Source: Intoshia linei (Eukaryota > Animalia > Orthonectida). From it: a stretch of DNA of 53,684 bases. The position numbers and the translations under genes were made by a program. The stretch is from contig LWCA01000107.1 of assembly GCA_001642005.1 (NCBI GenBank), positions 1-53,684 on the forward strand, read 5' to 3'. The notes under the pieces are model-generated. The model saw only the letters and a program-made list of their open reading frames with translations, made no database searches and was not told where the DNA came from. Positions 26,342 through 39,345 of this stretch are shown here, piece after piece; positions within the stretch are counted from its first letter, which is position 1, and every line of letters begins with the position of its first letter.

Positions 26342-29300
26342 ATGTTGAATTTTTTAAAGAAATATAAATTAACTCATGTGGTATTATAATTCTATCATCG
26401 TATTATATTTTATAGAGATTTAAAAGTATATATTGGAATGACCGTTCTCATCCTAATGACAAGGTTTTTTCACTGTCAATCATTCAAATCACGGTTTAGA
26501 AATTTTCTAAAATATTGATTGCTAACAGAGGTGAAATAGCTGTTCGTATCATTGAAACATGTAAGCGAATAAATGTTAAAACGCTTTGCATTTATAGTGA
26601 AGCAGATTATCAAGCGGTATTGTTTTATTGTATCCGATAGTAATTGTGATTCCCGGGAAAAATAAAATTTTTTTATTCATATATAATATATAAGCATTAA
26701 AAATTTTAGAAACAAAAAGAAATTTAATTAGTGCATTAACACAAATCTAGATTGAAATATACAAATTTAATTAGAAAAAAAATTACTTATTTTAGATTGT
26801 TGAAAAAGTGTTTCAAAACACACATAATATTGATAGATGCGTCTTTTAAACGCTTTCTACGTTTTGTAACAAAATTAGAAGCAGTAGAGAAATTTCTTTC
26901 ATTTTGTGTTGGTTAAACGGTCATGAGGGCTTCCTTTAATTTTACCAATATTGATGATAGCGTTCCAGTTCGTAACAACTCATAATATTTTGTGTAACTC
27001 ATAATTTAATAATAAACATTAAACTTATCATAATTTGTGGTTGGAATAAGAGGTTTTTAAAAAAAATATTTATTTGTGATTTGATGAAGTGGATTTTTTT
27101 CTTAAGATTTTGTAAAATCGGATTTTTGAAAAGAATATCGGTGTAAGTCAATTTTTCCATGAGGGCTTGAAATGGTAAATTTTAAATATTATAATATAAT
27201 CATATTTTCATAGTAATAACAGACATAAATCAAATACAGTGATGTCTCAATTTTTTTCGGGAAATCCCGGAAAATGGTAAAAATCCCGGTAAATTTAATT
27301 CCCAGAAATTATTAAATATCCCGAGAATTTTGTCCCGGCACAATCACTAGTATCCGATCATTTAAAAAATCTTGACTTTACGACTACGCGGAATAATATT
27401 TTACAATAGACTAAAATAAATATATTATACACGGAATATTTAAAAATCAAATACCAACCAACATTTTTGTAAAATATAAAAAGACTAATTATAACACACC
27501 CCTTCTATTAATTTTTTTATAATATAATTCGTTTTTATAATTTTTATTTTTATGCAAATATATGAATGTCCCAGCAATTTTGCAAAACTATATAAGAGGC
27601 AATAAAATTTAAAAATTAATGCAAGAAGATTTATATAAAAGTATTGAAAAATTTGAAAAAATCGCAACGTTCACTTTCTTTTCTTTAGAACTATAATATT
27701 TAAAAGTAAATATAGGTTGATCACACCAAAACGAATTACAATTATCATGAAGGAAATAATTAAAAAAAATAATACAAGGTCAAGTTGTGGATTTTTTACC
27801 CACAATTATTAAAGATTTTGAAGATCATTTTTTGGACCAAAAAAAATTTGTAGTGCTTTTTCAAGGGAATATTTTTAACATTTTAAGGAATATATTATAA
27901 TGGGTATTAGACTTTTTATATTTTACACTTATTTCAGAGTGGTATCTGCTTGTTAAATATTCCGTGTATAAACCTTGGACTTATTTACTAAAAATTTTGA
28001 ATATTTTAAAAAAAAATAATGAAATATTTTGATTATGAATGAAAAAATATTTTAATTTTAAATATCATTTTTTTTATTTTGAATGCAAATTTGTATTCAT
28101 TTTATCTAAAGGGTTAAAAGTTAAATTTGTATAGTAAAAGTTTGCATGTTCACTCGTCTTTTTTTCATCTATTCATTAATATAAATATTGTATATTTTTT
28201 GTTTCATAGAAACATGTAGCAATGGCAGATGAATCAGTTATGGTGGGTCCAGCATCAGTGAACCAAAGTTATTTAGATACGGAAAAAATTATCAATATTG
28301 CTGTAGAACATAATTGTGAAGCTGTATACTTTACATAATAATTACCCATAAATACCTAGGTTCATCCTGGTTACGGCTTTCTTTCTGAAAATACCGAATT
28401 TTGTAAAGAATTGGACCATAATAATATTAAATTTATTGGACCATCACACAGAGCTATAAAAGCAATGGGTGATAAAATTGAAAGTAAACGAATTGCAAAA
28501 AAAGCAAATGTAAACATGATTCCTGGTTTTGATGGAGAAATCAAAAACGAAGAACACGCTGTAGAAATATCAAAAGAAATTGGTAATTTATAGCAGTATC
28601 CGATAAATTTTTTTAGGATTTCCTGTAATGATTAAGGTTTGCATTGTTCCAATTTTTTTTTATTTCTTTTTATAATTTTAACCGTTATATATACAATTAG
28701 GCATCAGCTGGAGGTGGAGGTTCAGTTATTTATTTCATTTATAACACTATTTTAAGGAAAGGGTATGCGAATAGCGTGGAATCAAGAGGAAGTAGTGTAA
28801 CGTGTTTTTTATTTAAAAAATTATTAAAAATTAGATCCGGGTATACTTTATCGAAAGCTGAAGCAAAATCTTCTTTCGGTGACGATCGAATGCTAATTGA
28901 AAAATATATTGAAAATCCACGACATATTGAAATTCAAGTTTTAATTTAACATTGTTTATTTATATTTTTCTGTATTGTTATAGGTGTTGTCCGACAATTT
29001 TGGAAATTTTATTCATTTGAACGAACGTGAATGTTCTATTCAAAGACGAAACCAAAAAATAATCGAAGAGTCGCCCAGGTTTTATTTTATTTGTTCATTC
29101 AGCGGAGAGCCGAACTTACCCAACTCGACCCACCGAAAATGAAAAATATATCCAAAAAATTATCAAAAACGTAGAATAGTGTCGTAGCCCACAACCAGTT
29201 ACAACATACTTGACTTTATGTTTTAAATTTAACATACAAAATGCAGTTATTTACAGTTGTTAGTTATGATATTTTAGATTTTAATAATTTTTTTAATGCT

Positions 29301-32300
29301 CAGTTTGCAAAAATCAGGGCTCTAATTTACAAAAATCTCGTGGTCCACTTGAAGAAGGTCTCGGTAGTGTAGGCTCCAAACTAATTGAGTGTTTAAAATG
29401 AGCCCTATTAACCTGAAATTCTCAAGCTTTGTAGTGGTGTAAAATGATCTAACCCTGCAAAATGTTTTTTATTTGTCATGAACCTATAGTCGATTTAATT
29501 GTTATTAAGTTGAAAAATTGATGTTGAATAGTTTTTTGAGAGTTTACTGTATTTATCTTTTTAGTACATTTCTAAACAATGATTTGCGGCAGGAAATGAC
29601 AAAACAAGCCATAATGTTAGCTCAAGAAGTTTCATACAATTCTGCTGGTACAGTCGAATTTTTAGTTGATAAATATAAAAAGTTTTATTTTCTTGAAATG
29701 AATACAAGATTGCAAGTAGAACATCCCATCACAGAATGTGTGACAGGAATAGATATTGTCCATCAAATGATGCGTGTGGCAAGTGGTATATTATTTTTTC
29801 TTTAGTAACGTTTATTGACGCCAATTAAATTCATTCGAATAGATAACAAGTTATTACATCAACAATCTGATATTCCTTTGAATGGCTGGGCCTTGGAAAG
29901 CCGTATATATGCAGAGGTTATTTTTACAAAATTTTTAACAAATTTTATTGAAACTCTGAAAACCTCACATATTTTTTCCAATATTTTTATACTAATTCTC
30001 ATTGAAATGTGCAAAAACCTTGTTTATTTATAAACGCTGTCAAATATGTATAGTATAGATCCAAAGATGATTCTAGATTGATGGATGGATGATATTTCGA
30101 TTTTATAGATATAACAATTTTTTAACAAGTCCGTTAATTTTTTATTTATTCTACAATGTACATTAGTGTCATGTAAAATCCATACGCCCTTACTTATATG
30201 TGCACCTTATGAACAAAAATCATTTTTATAGAAATAACTAGTATGAACCATATTTTTTATATCGATATCATATCGAAATCGACGAGAATACCAATTGTGT
30301 ATATTAAATGTTTAGGTACAGTCAACCCTCTACTAAGTAAACAATTGGGACTCGAATATTTGTAAAAATCATGAACAAAAAATTTATTGACATAGTAACT
30401 GTAAAATTAAAATTGATATTATAACAATTCATAAAAAAATATATAACTTATTTATTAATTTTACATTTTACAAAGAAAACTAAATAATAAACATTATTAT
30501 AATAATTATATCAATTCATTTTTTGATTTCTTTAGTAGAACCAAAGTAATCAGTTATTTTTAATGATCTTGCCAATTTTTCAGACTTTATTTCCTGCATT
30601 AAAGTCCATACACTGGATATTTTTCCGGGTTATCAATCATAAAAATGTTTCTAATTTTTTAGTATGATAATTAGCTTTATAATGTGTAACAGGTAAGATT
30701 TATGGGTCTTCAGGTTCAGACATTATTTGATTTTATTCATATGTATTATTTTTTTTTAATGGTTATTGTATACATTGTGTTTTGAAGCAAGAAAACGTTG
30801 TGTACTACATTTGTCTTTAAACAAAGGAATTAGTTCTTTCTTTGTAGATATAGTTAAATATTTTTTTTTAAATTTTCTTTGTTCATGTTGCAGAAATAAA
30901 AAATTTTCGAAAAGCACGTTTTGTATACCATAATTGTGAATCACAATAAAAACTTCACTTTAATTTGGATAAATCATGTTCATCGTTCACGTAGTAGAAT
31001 GTTCACGATTCATTTACTTTTTTCATTGTAAACTATAACAAATTTTTTTGTTGTTCATTATTGGAGAAGTTCACGTTATAGCAGGTTCTTCTTATAGAGG
31101 GTTGACTGTACCTATAATATACATGTACTAGATTGACTGTAATGTACTACGTACAAAAAGCACCTAGCTCTGCTGAGGGCACATTTTTATTATAATAAAA
31201 AAATAAATTCACGTTGAAAATCTAACTTAAAAATCCTACTATTCACTATTATCCATAAACAAGTGGTTCCCAAACTTGTTTCAGGTGGAACCATCATATG
31301 ACATTACTATTGAAAATCTAACTTAAAAATCCTACTATTCACTATTATCAATTCTTTAAAGGATAAATTGGTTTCAGGTGGAACCATCATATCACATTAC
31401 CTTTTATTTTAAAGTGAATTATTCCATCTTAATTTTTTGTTTAACATTTACGTAAAGAATTTTAAAAACAATTGTTATCCCATTTTTTTAATTTATATTA
31501 CAGAATGTGTCTATAATATTAAAAAAAAAGTCAAAACAGTCAAAAAATTGTCATAAATAGCATAAATTCCAGAAAAAATAAAATTATATCAACCTATTTT
31601 GTCATTTTCAATGTGATGAATCATTAAGACGTCTCATCTTCACCTTTATAGTCTGTTTGCTTGTGAATGTCACTTTTCTTTTTGCTATTTTATGTTAAAT
31701 TTTAAACAATTATAAGTAAAAATATAACACGTTTATAAGTTATTATAAAAATTGAACTTTAATAAATTCGTTGCTGTAGTGTTATAATTTAAATTTTATA
31801 CAAAATTTTTTCTTAATGAGATTTTTAAATTTAAAAATTGCGTAACAATGAAAAAAGTTGCGAAAGAATGAATTATATAGATTTTCACCCATATTTCTTT
31901 ATTGAAAATGTGTAGACGTTCAATCCACATCGAAATATTTGAAAAATATTGGTTGATAATACATTAAAAATTATTTTTCATCGGGAATGCGTAGATTTCT
32001 CGGGTTTAACTTTTGTATTTATATCATCTGGAATAAGCTCTATTAGAATAATTTTTTTTTTTCGGACCGTTAATTATTTCACATTTTTTGTTTTAATGAA
32101 ATATTTCGAAAAAAAAATATATGAATACTAAAATGCTTTTTTGATCGTGAAGTCGTCACTTATTCGAATTGATATTTTATGTGTGTGTTAACAGGATACA
32201 ACTGTACCACACGTTAATTTTTTGAAATGCTAGGGCTGTTTTCATTAAAAAAAGAAGGGTAATTTGTGGTTTTGGCCCTGAAGATATTTTTTTAAATTTA

Positions 32301-35300
32301 TGATAATGTTTATGATTTTAAAATTTGTATCAGCGTATATAGTTTTTTAAATTTTCCAACTCGTTTGATTTTCAAAACGAGAGACAACAGGGGTTTTTGA
32401 CCCGTAAGATGTGAATTTGAGAAGTTAAAATTATAATTAAAATTGAAATGTGTACTTTATAAAATTCTAAGACTTGTAGTTATTGCAATAAAGTGGAACA
32501 CACACACAAACAAAAATCGCGTGGCATATTATATAAGTTAGGATATGTACGCGAGTGAACTTTGGATTTTGAAACTTTTTTTAATTAACAACATTAATAC
32601 AGTGGTTTTGCAACTGTACAATAATTTTAGTAAAAGTAAATTTCACAAATTTTTGCTTATAAAAGGTAAAAGAAGTAAATTATAAAAAATAATTTTTGAT
32701 TTTTTCATCAAATTTTAAAATTGCCCCCTAGATTTTTCACAAATGCAGATCCAGGGATCATAACCGGTGCTTATGATAAATTTGGATATTGTTTCAATAT
32801 TAAATTACCTCATTTGCATATAAAATTTTTTGCACCCCTATCCTAAATTATAAATCGCTAGTTACAACTTGCACTCACTGCTGTAATATATAATATAAAT
32901 TTATATATAGTATCATTTAGGATCCACTCGTGAATTTTGCGCCATCGATTGGATTTTTGACGCAATATACGGAACCTCTTACAGATAATGTATATTTTTT
33001 AAAATTCATCCTTAATTTCATTTTACAGGTAAGGTGTGACAGTGGAGTTATGAAAGGATCTGAAATAAGTGTATATTATGATCCAATGATATGTAAAGTA
33101 TTTGTAGTTTGATTGATCTACATTAATTTTTAGTTGATTACTTACGGTGACAATAGGAAAGAAGCTTTAAAACATATGCATAATGCTTTGACTAATTATG
33201 TCATTTCTGGTATACATTTATTGGATAGTCGCGAATAATATAGTTGTTTTAAAAAGGTGGTGTTTTCATTTTCTATGTATTAGTGCTCTGTTAAAATAAC
33301 ATTCCAAAAAGATTATCGTTATCGTTCTAATATACACGTGTGTTTTTTTTTAATTTTTATTAATACATACATGTATGTATTTTAGCAATTTTCATTTTTA
33401 ACAAACAGGGTAATCTGTGGTTTTTGTTGTGAAAATACAATTTTTTGAGGTTGAGATTTACATTGTTACATAAGTTGTATGATAATTCTTATGATTTTAA
33501 TTATTATCCCAGAATTTATGTTTTATAAAATTCTAAGATTTTTTTTATGAAATAAAATTAAAGTGTCATATAATTTCGACATTTAGCACTTAATTTATTT
33601 AAAATAGAACTTATTTCACTTAGCAATTAAATATTATAAATCGTCAATTAATTTAGATTTTTGCATCAATAAAATAAACTTTTTTATAACTTATTATATT
33701 TGTATTATCATATAATTATCGTATGCTTTCTGATTGTTTAAATTACGATTTATCACCAGATAGAAAAATTTATGAACACAATAATATTAGAGGAAAAGGA
33801 AAATTTTATATATTAAATAAAAAGTATGCATCTGAAACAGAAGCAAAAAATACACTGGAAAGACATTGGAAAATTAAAAACCGTAATAATTCACATGAGG
33901 GTTATAAAATATTTTATTATTGTAATGAATCTGTGAGGAGAGGACTTGACGCATGTCCAGCTACTAAGTATTTGTTGTATTACTCTAAAAATATGGATGT
34001 ATCAATATATGACTCAATTTGTGAGCATAAACATATTAAACCACAATTAGGTTTAACAAATCAATTGAAAGACATTAAATCTAATTTATTTAACGAAGGA
34101 AGTAAAAAACCTCATCAAATAATGAGGATTTTAGAATCAAGAAATGTTGTATTACCAATTAAATCTCAAATCGTAAATTTTCTTCATATTCTGAAGAAAA
34201 AAAAATTTGGTCCATATGATATAAATTTAAATCATGTCAACCAATTCTGTGTATCTAATACCAAGATACCTGAAAATTGTGATGTTTCTTATGTTGTGAA
34301 TTATCAAACAAATGATAATAATATTAGAATATTTTTGTCTACACCCGACTTTTAAAATTGATAAACAATTCTCATTTCCTTCAAACTGACGCAACGTACA
34401 AGCTGATTTATCAGGGGTATCCAGTATCAATGATAGGTAGAAGTGATATAAATCGAAAGTTTCATCCTGGCGGTATTGCGATTACAACAGATGAAAAATC
34501 GAATGATTTTAAATTTTTATTCTTATCATTGATTAAGGGAGTTGGTGACAATAATGGTTTAATGGATCCAAGGGTTTTAATAGCGGATAGTTCTTCAGCA
34601 ATTACAAAAGCATTTGAAGTTTTCATTATGGAAAAAAGAATATATTGTTTTTTCCATATAATAAAAGCTATCACGAAGCATACTAGCTTTTGCGTTATAC
34701 CTAAATGTGACAGAATAGAACTTCGTCGAGATATAAATTTTCTTCAAATTTCTTCGTCGATTGATATCTACAACGTCGCGAAGAATTTATTTCTGACAAT
34801 GTGGAATCAGTACACTCAATTTTGTCAGTATTTTATTAAACAATGAATTTGCAAAAGCTGGTATGAGGACACAGTTTTACATATTCCATCAATAAACAAT
34901 TCTCTATAGGCTACTAATGGTGTAATTAAACGACAAATGACTATTAGGGAGCGCATTCCACTGAATCAATTTTTTAGTGTAATATGTAAGGACATTTTAT
35001 CGATTTGGTCTCTAGATAGGAAACGTAATTATTTATTTGTTTAAACATAATATAGCACATTTAATCAATATATTCATTTTTTAGAATATCTCCAATATTC
35101 AAGTAATTCCAGATTAGAAACTAAAGAATGGACTAATGCTTATTCATGGGCCAAAGAAAATCAACTAGTCCGCAAAAAAACATTAACCAATGATGTGACT
35201 TAATGTTATATAATTTCTGATATGAAAAATGTTGATTTGGATTACGAAATTAACACATATCAAGCTAAATTCTGGAAAAATTTTAATTATTTCAAGGAAA

Positions 35301-38139
35301 GCATATCATTGGTTATTTTGGTAATTATAAATAAATTAAAATGGGAAAAAGCCACATGTACTTGTTCAACTTATCTGAAATGTTATACCTGCAAACACAG
35401 TTTGAGTTTTGCAATTAGATTGAAGTGTGATGGATGTGTCGTTCCTATTGAAGCTAAACTCTTACCTTTACGTTAAAAAAGAAAAAGAGGACGACCCAGT
35501 CTTGCCAAAGGAGCATTATATTATTAATGGTTATTATTATGTTAATATTGAGACATTGTATAATACAGCCATGTCAAACTCAAATCCTTGGCGGGCCGCA
35601 TTATCTGTCGAAATTTTTAGGCGGCCGCATCTTAATTTTTTTACAGATTAAGGGTAGGTTTTTAGAGATTTTTTAAACGACGTTTAAGGGGAGGTTATTA
35701 GGGAATTTTTATTTAAGTTTAATTAATTAATTAATTCTAAGTTTAAGGAAATTTTGTGAAAGGTAACGTTTTTGAGTCAGAGTCGCCACTGATTTTATAT
35801 AATATATATAAAAAGTCGTGCGAGCCACACATAAATTTGAAACTCAAACGTGCGGGCCGCAAGTTTGACATGCCTGGTATAATATATACTATATTACAGT
35901 ATACTTACATACTGTATATGAATTTATTATATTGTATTTGTTTAGAAGCATTGCTTACAGACGATAATTACATGATAATATTAATTGTATAATACATTTT
36001 TACTTATTACAAAAAAATGTTTAAAAACGAAAAAAAAGAAACACTGATTTAAATGCATTTGAATAAGGATTTTTAAAAAATTAGAATGTGTTAATGTAAT
36101 AGTTGATACATCTCCAAATAAACTACTTAAATAAAATTAAATGTTAAAATTTAATAATTAATTGACATTATAAAGTAGTGTTATATTTCTTTAAACAAGT
36201 GCTAGTTATTTATTATGTGACATTTTCACTATTCAGATGCTAATATAAAGTATTGCCATAGTCTCTATTCAAGTGCTAAATGTTGGAATTTTAATGACGC
36301 GTTAAATCATAGCCTTTTTTTATTATAATTCTAAAGGACCCAATTTCTGAAAATGAAACTTGCATTAAAATATCACTCGAATATCTATTAAAAATTGAGT
36401 TTTTGAAAATCTAGGACTCTTAATTTTTTAATTTAAACGCAAACATTCAATTCTATATAAGTAAAGGAATAACTTAATTATTAGGTGTGAAAAATAATGT
36501 ATCAATCTTGATTGATATTATCAATGAACAAAAATTTATGGATGGCAATTATTCTACAAATTATATTAAAGAATGTTACCCGGACGGATTTAAAGGTTTA
36601 TTTGATGAAATTTATAATTTTTTTAATTAGGCAGAAAAATTACTCGACAAGTTATAGCCGATTTATCTCATATTGTAGCTGCTATATGGATGAGAAATGA
36701 AATGCAGTATGGTAAATATCAATTAAAATTATGTTACAATGATATAATAATGTATAATGTTAGCATAAATGTTTTATATTGTTTAGATTCAACTTTAAGA
36801 AAACATAACGTTTGTGTTAATTGTTTGGATTTAAAAGAGCATATTGAAGAATTTGAAATAGCAGAGGAAAATTCAGAAACTTTTCAGGTACTTTTATCTA
36901 AAATGTCTATGAATATTATATTTTGGTTATTACTTCTTTATGTTATTTATATATTTATATTGTAGTTTTTTATTTTATAAATGATAATTTAAAATTGTTG
37001 CATATTTATCAATTTTTTAGATACACAATAAAGAGGTTATTTTACAATTTGATTCGAAAATTAAAAAACATTCAAAATTGAATGTAAATTTAACTTATAA
37101 AAACCAGTGCAAAAAATATGTTATTGAGGTACATTTTAAATATACTGTTAATTGAATTACTTTTATATTTAAATAAATAGGTCCTTGGATGGTCCAATGA
37201 TGGGAATATCCAACTGAAATATGAAGGAAAACAAGTATATAATATTTTTTATGATACATGGTGTATAATGAAAACCATGTATTATTATTAACCAATATTA
37301 AATACCCTGTATAATATATAATGAATAATACATTTTATCATGCAGATAAATTGGAACATTCTGGCACAGCATATATCACAATATGCGCACATTATGAAAC
37401 CAATCAAAAAGTATATAAATGACAGTATCCTTACTGCTCCCATGCCGGGAATTGTTAAAAGAATAAATGTAAATATAGGAGATAAGGTAGATTTTTAATG
37501 GTGTTTTTTGAAACATATTTAGATTTTGAAAGGTTCTGAAGTGTGTGTTTTGGAAGCCATGAAAATGCAAAACGGTCTTTACTCAAAAGTAGATGGGACG
37601 GTATAATTAATTATTGAATTACTGTATAAATTATGATTCATAGTTTATGATATATTTAATTATGTTGAAACATTAAAATGTAGACATTTCATTGATAAAA
37701 TATTAATTTTGATCATTTATAACAGTGATTCTTAACGTGGGAGGTAGCTCCCATCTCGGTGCGCTGGAACTATGCGTTGTGAATTTTTTTAACTTTTGAA
37801 GGGCGCTGGACTGAATTTTGTATTTTATTCTTTTATTATTATTTGGAATAACTACTGTATTATAATTGGAATTTGTATTCAACATAATGTGTTCACTAAA
37901 CTAATTTTATTGACAAAAATTTGCCTTATTTATGACATACACAAGGTAAGATGTAGCAAGAAATTTTTATAAAGGGGTGTAGAATATTTTTATGACGCTG
38001 GGACGTTGCGTGAAAAGGTTAGTAATCACTCTTTCTTAATTATAATAATAATTAATAATATTTTTAGGTGTCAAAAATATGTGTAAATGTGAACGATTCA
38101 GTTAATGAAAGTGATATTCTTATAGAATATAGCAATTGA
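26342..38139 (+). CDS. PCCA: Propionyl-CoA carboxylase alpha chain, mitochondrial (many exons)
   Basis: [93 protein letters not shown], and biotinylation motif EAMKMQN at ~37553. Confidence 0.95.
26638..27349 (-). mobile_element. Non-autonomous hAT derivative in PCCA intron
   Basis: TIRs TAGTAATTGT / ACAATCACTA; perfect 8-bp TSD GTATCCGA; inverted sister of 7167-7999. Confidence 0.9.
30319..31108 (-). mobile_element. pogo/Tigger-like (Tc1/mariner) deletion derivative
   Basis: TIRs CAGTCAACCCTCTA / TAGAGGGTTGACTG flanked by TA; decayed minus-strand tail SLKITDYF. Confidence 0.8.
31128..32543 (-). mobile_element. Apparently full-length non-autonomous Helitron-like element
   Basis: On the minus strand it starts A|TCCTAACTTATATAAT and ends with hairpin TGTAC-GTA-GTACA, 11 nt, then CTAG|T; microsatellite near the 5' end; no TSD. 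Confidence 0.65.
33723..35528 (+). pseudogene. MULE transposase pseudogene
   Basis: Frameshift near 34345 and in-frame stops at 34844, ~34907, 35201 and 35474. Confidence 0.85.
35566..35876. mobile_element. hAT MITE nested in the MULE
   Basis: TIRs CAGCCATGTCAAACT / AGTTTGACATGCCTG; perfect TSD GTATAATA; subterminal GCGGGCCGCA. Confidence 0.9.
37723..38031. mobile_element. hAT MITE in last PCCA intron
   Basis: Termini CAGTGATTCTTAAC / GTTAGTAATCACTC; degenerate TSD. Confidence 0.55.
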
Positions 38140-38728
38140 ATGTTGATTATATTTATTGCCCAACAAAAATCTATTTATATAATATGAATAAATCCTTTAA
38201 ATTAAATTTTAACTGAACGTAATAGACAACTACATTTTCCAACACGTAAAAAACAAACTCAATATGAATTTATGTGTTAGACATACTAATATAATAACCA
38301 TGTTCAAAAGAGTAACAAAATTCAAGTAATCTAAATATTAATCAATTTCAGAATTTCAAGAGATGTTTAATATGTTTTAATATTTATTTACCCTTTTGAC
38401 ATGCAGTAAAATTGTACATTAGGGTGTGAATTTTAGTACTTTTATATTTTTTTTGTTGTTAATTTTATGGTCTAGGAAGGGATAAAGTCCGTATGACAGT
38501 TTTATGGCTACACTAAAATGAAATCAATAAAATGATTTTAGAGAATTTTTGACGGAAATGCTTGACATTTTAAAAATTCCATACAAAAATATAAATTATT
38601 TTTTTTTGTATTGTCATTCTAGATTAATTACTCAACTTTTTCCGAGTCTGGAATTAATTTTTAAAATTTTGGAACACCCCTAGTGTATATATGGCATATA
38701 AACATAAACAACATATAAACAACTATAC

Positions 38729-38993
38729 CAGGGGCGGCAATCTATGTTCCGTGGGCCAAAATTTGCCAACAGAATAATTTTGGTAGTCCCCTTTTAGTAA
38801 ATAATCGGATCATTATAATCATTTTAATACTGAATTTTCAGATCGTCCCGGATTTTATTTTGTTAAATATACTAGAAACGTTTCTCTTCAGTTAAAATTG
38901 AAATCTATCAGTGTAAATTTTCAAAAACTGAACCCATATAATTTTTTGATAAAAGAAAGTGGCCCAAGAAATGCAAAAGGTGACCCATCCCTG
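38729..38993. mobile_element. hAT MITE
   Basis: CAGGGGCGGCAATC...CCCATCCCTG; partial TSD AACTATAC / AACTACAT; same family as the 11692 and ~23240 copies. Confidence 0.7.
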
Positions 38994-39345
38994 AACTACA
39001 TTATGTATATGATATGGTTGCAATACTTACATTAAATGCATTAATGTTTATTCATAATTATTGAATACCGATAAAGAGAGGGAACTTATATTGAATGAAT
39101 TACAATTTCATCACCAACATGATAAAATCCAAATGTCCAGATTCCAATCTCTAATGTTAGGGCCCACTAGTTAAATTGTAAGTAATTTTATTAAAAATTG
39201 AATAGTTTTCATAAAATTTCTGAAATTTGTATTTTAAAGGTAGATTTATTTTTTTAATATCCATTACAGAAATATCAAACTTTCAGAGAAAAATTCAATT
39301 TTAAACAATCCTGTTTTTGGAAAAAGGATCATAACTTATATAATA

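Larger units (their letters stand above)
33549..36314 (+). mobile_element. Mutator-like element (MULE) with defective transposase, in PCCA intron
   Basis: 9-bp TSD TTTTTTTAT; imperfect TIRs (GTCA..TTTCGACATTTAGCACTT); MULE domain [29 protein letters not shown]; SWIM finger CTC..CKH; KRKRGRP tail; internal intron ~35025-35084. Confidence 0.92.

Noticed and set aside
35201-35203. Stop-codon reassignment (TAA read as sense) to explain the shared MULE stop
   Set aside because: Host genes ORC4, PTDSS2, beta-catenin, TOM40, TMEM165 and SLC35A2 end in TAA at the expected positions.
26500-37600. MCCC1, pyruvate carboxylase or ACC as alternative identities
   Set aside because: GDKIESK, IPGFDG, GMRIAW and EAMKMQN are PCCA-type.
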